DNA from: Candidatus Hermodarchaeota archaeon
GTDB taxonomy: Archaea > Asgardarchaeota > Lokiarchaeia > Sigyniarchaeales > SOKP01
DNA length: 18,240 nucleotides
Reading direction: 5' to 3'
NCBI GenBank assembly: GCA_048885525.1
Contig: JBHLLP010000056.1
Span: 1-18,240 of the forward strand
Positions 15,681 to 18,240 of the stretch are shown here, piece after piece. The position numbers were made by a program, and so were the translations under genes. Below the pieces are notes generated by a model. That model saw only the letters and a list, made by a program, of their open reading frames with translations. It was not told where the DNA came from and did no database searches. Numbering within the stretch: position 1 is the stretch's first letter; every line of letters starts with the position of its first letter.

Positions 15681-16467
15681 TTACTTTATTTCTATAAAAG
15701 AAAGTAACCCTAAATTATCTAAACTCCCAATAATACGTTGGATCTCTCCCTCTGGCCGCCCACTCTCCTCAGCAATCTCAGCAATCGTATGAAAACCATC
15801 CGCTAAATGAGCTATCTTATACTCCTTCTTATCCAGAAATCCCTGGGTAATTATTTGTTTAGGAAGCCTTTTAGAAGTCCATTCGGGCTTTACATCCTTC
15901 ACTTCACGTAAATCCTCCTCTGATATAACTAATCCCTTCTTCGTAATCTGCTTCTGCGATTTTAGAAAATCCTTCTTAAATATCTTCAGTATAGGAAGCT
16001 TTAACTCTATCTCAGCAAGCCTACCATTCTCTAAAATCTCATCAATAATTTGATCAAAATCCCGAAAGATACGAACATCTCCAGACCACGCCTCAAGTTG
16101 ATCCCCATAATCAACCACAAATTTATCAATAATATCCGTTAACGCTTTATGCGTAATCTTCGCATCATCGTTCTTATCCGCCGCCGCTGTTATCAAAACT
16201 CCCTCCTTAAAGACTAAAAGCAAGTAAAATACCTGCATGTCTTTACTATTAGATAGAAACTATCTAAAACCTATAACCTTGAGTTCGCCACTTCCCTTGG
16301 AAAACTCAACACTAAAGTCCTTAAGGGCTGTTAAAAAGCCACTCACTAAATCTTGATTAAATTCGATGCTACCATACTTACGATGTATTAAACAAATACC
16401 CGTTCACAAATGGCAGAGAAACTCTGCACATTTTATGTTGGTGGATTAAATAAACATTATGGAGCAC
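15681..16467 (-). CDS. longin-domain + winged-helix protein (241 aa), spliced: exons 16467-16434, 16402-16271, 16240-15681
   Basis: GTG start at 16467 with GGAGGT 9 nt upstream. The joined exons (34+132+560 = 726 nt) translate as MLHNVYLIHQHTGICLIHRKYGSIEFNQDLVSGFLTALKDFSVEFSKGSGELKVIDMQVFYLLLVFKEG..., a complete Asgard-type longin pattern. A C-terminal wHTH follows (LADGFHTIAEIAEESG...LDNLGLL). The track ORF 15681-16238 covers only exon 3. Confidence 0.8.
16241..16270 (-). other. putative BHB mRNA intron 2 (30 nt, contains in-frame TAG)
   Basis: GTTTTAGATAGTTTCTATCTAATAGTAAAG. Central helix TTAT/GTAA, bulges AG|G and AG|A, inner hairpin TTAGATAG-TTT-CTATCTAA. Removal gives ATA GAC ATG (I-D-M). 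Confidence 0.82.
16403..16433 (-). other. putative BHB mRNA intron 1 (31 nt, frameshifting)
   Basis: AAATGTGCAGAGTTTCTCTGCCATTTGTGAA. Outer CC/GG, central AACA/TGTG (3 pairs plus A.G), bulges TA|A and AA|C, inner AATG/CATT plus GCAGAG-TTT-CTCTGC. Removal gives CAT ACG GGT (H-T-G) in frame. Confidence 0.75.
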
Positions 16468-16476
16468 CTTTCATTT

Positions 16477-16482
16477 ACCTCC
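16477..16482 (-). promoter_or_regulatory. Shine-Dalgarno site of the spliced longin gene
   Basis: AAGGAGGTAA on the minus strand, with GGAGGT ending 9 nt before GTG 16467. Confidence 0.7.
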
Positions 16483-16658
16483 TTGCTGTAATTCTAAACT
16501 TGGTTAATTTATTTGATGGAAATATATTTTAACAAATTAAATTTTACTATTCAAAAACGCATTTTGTAAAAATAAACTTGTTTTTATGCATAATAACGTT
16601 TTTACTATTTATAATTTCTGCTATAATGCTCATAATATATTAAACAAAAAAAATTTTT

Positions 16659-17342
16659 TTAGAATAATTCGTTAAATTCTTTAGTAGAATAGTTCAAATC
16701 GCTTTGGTCATTTTTAATTACTTCAATGTTTTCAACAGCTTTTTCCTTTAATATTTCTCGAGCGTCCTCGTCATATATGGCTTTTTTGGCGAGATTGACA
16801 GATTCCATGAAGTCATCATAGGTTTCTCCTTGATATCCCATAAAAAGCGCAAAATTATTTGGATCTAAGATAAAAATATTATGATCATCTTGTGCAATGT
16901 AATCGACTGATTGGGGTTCATTTGCTTTCAGGGATACGAGAAAGAGTGTTTTTTTCTTCCCTTGATATCCTCTAATGCTATAGTCACGCGCGTGCTCCAT
17001 TGAGGCACCAAGATAATAATCAACATTAATGATTTTAATATCTGGTCGGATATGGGCAAAGAAACCAGCATTGTTGGATAAGTTTTTGAAATTTTCATCA
17101 ATTATAATTGCGATATCTCCGTTTTCGTTGACATCATAGAAAGATTGACAGTTATGGTCTCTGGTATGTTCCATAAAAATTTTTTCAGCATTCCAATGAA
17201 AATTTTTTCCAATGGGTGATAAAGTGTTAGACGAATTTGGATCCAATCCAGCTTCAATTAAAACTTCGGGGTACATAATTCCTCTTCTATTTATCGCTTT
17301 AAAAAAATCAAAATGCCCAATTTCTTTTTCTGATGGTTCCAT
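16659..17342 (-). CDS. hypothetical protein, possibly a degenerate PD-(D/E)XK nuclease-like fold
   Basis: 227-aa ORF with ATG and an upstream AGGAG. The order G..FH...E / D-IAIII / IINVDY / GYQ / LFLVS loosely follows a restriction-endonuclease topology. Function is unsupported. Confidence 0.6.
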   Translation of the reverse strand: MEPSEKEIGHFDFFKAINRRGIMYPEVLIEAGLDPNSSNTLSPIGKNFHWNAEKIFMEHTRDHNCQSFYDVNENGDIAIIIDENFKNLSNNAGFFAHIRPDIKIINVDYYLGASMEHARDYSIRGYQGKKKTLFLVSLKANEPQSVDYIAQDDHNIFILDPNNFALFMGYQGETYDDFMESVNLAKKAIYDEDAREILKEKAVENIEVIKNDQSDLNYSTKEFNELF

Positions 17343-17461
17343 TTAATAATTCTAAACTCCTAATTATATTCTCGTATAAATAAAATTATTTTATAATGTA
17401 GAAGATTTAAGTTGGAACAGTCTATATTTCTTTTGCTAAATGTGAGAAAAACTGAAAATTT

Positions 17462-17650
17462 ATGCTAAGAGATTATATATTTGAATTGTTAGAATCTTAT
17501 AAAGATGGATGGCCTGATGATCTGTGGAAATCATTTGTAGAAGAATATCATCTTACAATTGAACGATATAAAGTCTTACAACCTTCTAAGTGGAAGAAAT
17601 GGGGAAAACATTTTTTAGATATAATATCTAAATTCCCCCTTTTTCTTTGA
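17462..17650 (+). CDS. small hypothetical protein or gene fragment
   Basis: 62-aa ORF with ATG start and protein-like, Trp-rich composition. No recognisable motif and no clear RBS. Confidence 0.35.
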   Translation: MLRDYIFELLESYKDGWPDDLWKSFVEEYHLTIERYKVLQPSKWKKWGKHFLDIISKFPLFL

Positions 17651-17794
17651 TTTCAGGTATTTAAAAATTTTATCAGAAAAATATAATCCTTTTCTAATTG
17701 ATAAAAATGTAAATATTTATAAATTAAATTAGCAATTTATTTCATGTCACAGATTATTAAGTCTATTCTAATATTTGGGTTAGAGGTTAAAAAA

Positions 17795-18240
17795 ATGGCT
17801 TTTTTATTGAAATCAGAAGTTGAAAGCATTGATATTGATAAAAATCAAATAAAAAGAACTGTTTACTGCCCTTATTGTAACAATATTATGTTAAAAAGAT
17901 TAGATTCAAATAAGTTTTATGATAAGCTTCAATGTTGGAATACAAAATGTGAGAAAAAAAATACTCCATTCATATTGTTAAAAGAATATATTCAGTATGA
18001 AGACTTATTTAAACCTGTATGCGAATCTTGTGGACAATCTTATAATCGTGAATTTATAGCTAATGGGAATCATAATTTATTAATAAAGTTTAGCTGTCTT
18101 GGAAATGATTGTGAAACAAATTTAAAACCCTACTGTTATAATATATTTCGAGGTGAATGGGAAGGTACTCCTCCGCGGTTTATTAACTATGATGAGAAGA
18201 TTAATTCTAAAGACTTTAATCAAGTTAAAAATGGGAATAA
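17795..18240 (+). CDS. partial (3'-truncated) protein with two C4 zinc-ribbon motifs
   Basis: Not in the ORF track. GAGGT RBS at 17783-17787 and ATG at 17795, open to the window end. Translation: MAFLLKSEVES...YCPYCNN-..-QCWNTKCEK...VCESCGQ-..-SCLGNDCET. Confidence 0.8.
   Translation, partial: MAFLLKSEVESIDIDKNQIKRTVYCPYCNNIMLKRLDSNKFYDKLQCWNTKCEKKNTPFILLKEYIQYEDLFKPVCESCGQSYNREFIANGNHNLLIKFSCLGNDCETNLKPYCYNIFRGEWEGTPPRFINYDEKINSKDFNQVKNGN

Noticed and set aside
16241-16270. Insert resembles a 30-nt CRISPR repeat (GTTTTAG...AAAG)
   Set aside because: Single copy, with no spacers or cas genes seen. It pairs with flanking exon bases to make a BHB, which a CRISPR repeat would not explain.
16241-16433. 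Inserts as MITEs or transposon footprints
   Set aside because: No terminal inverted repeats at the very ends and no consistent target-site duplication (only 1-2 nt redundancy). No transposase in the window.
16239-16467. Pseudogene, or Sec/Pyl stop-readthrough, explanation for the broken longin 5' end
   Set aside because: Both lesions are ~30-nt hairpins with BHB geometry whose precise removal restores the frame. No other decay is visible and the RBS is intact. Readthrough cannot fix the 31-nt frameshift. Not formally excluded without RNA data.
16511-16527. ATATATTTCCATCAAAT (minus strand) similar to the cdc6 ORB-like box
   Set aside because: Needs two gaps to align and lies in AT-rich promoter sequence; likely chance or a TATA region.

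Overview
AT-rich archaeal DNA, most consistent with an Asgard archaeon (Lokiarchaeia-like). The basis is a roadblock-Rab GTPase fusion and a longin-domain gene alongside PolD, Cdc6/Orc1 and CarS. The window holds three tRNA genes: Lys-UUU, Thr-CGU and Leu-GAG. Together they carry four 28-30 nt introns, none at the canonical 37/38 site. Protein genes are thiL, an M28 peptidase, a replication cluster (DP2 <- -> DP1, SWIM protein, cdc6 with an ORB-like element upstream), carS, a NusA-like KH protein, archease and rtcB. Main finding: the gene directly upstream of rtcB, called only as a 185-aa ORF in the track, appears to be a 241-aa longin + winged-helix protein. It is interrupted by two short tRNA-type bulge-helix-bulge (BHB) introns at 16403-16433 (31 nt, frameshifting) and 16241-16270 (30 nt, with an in-frame stop and GT...AG ends). 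Removing both at the BHB-predicted cut sites restores one continuous reading frame. This suggests EndA/RtcB/archease-dependent mRNA splicing of a eukaryote-like signalling or trafficking gene. All folding and translation was done by hand, and splicing is inferred, not demonstrated.
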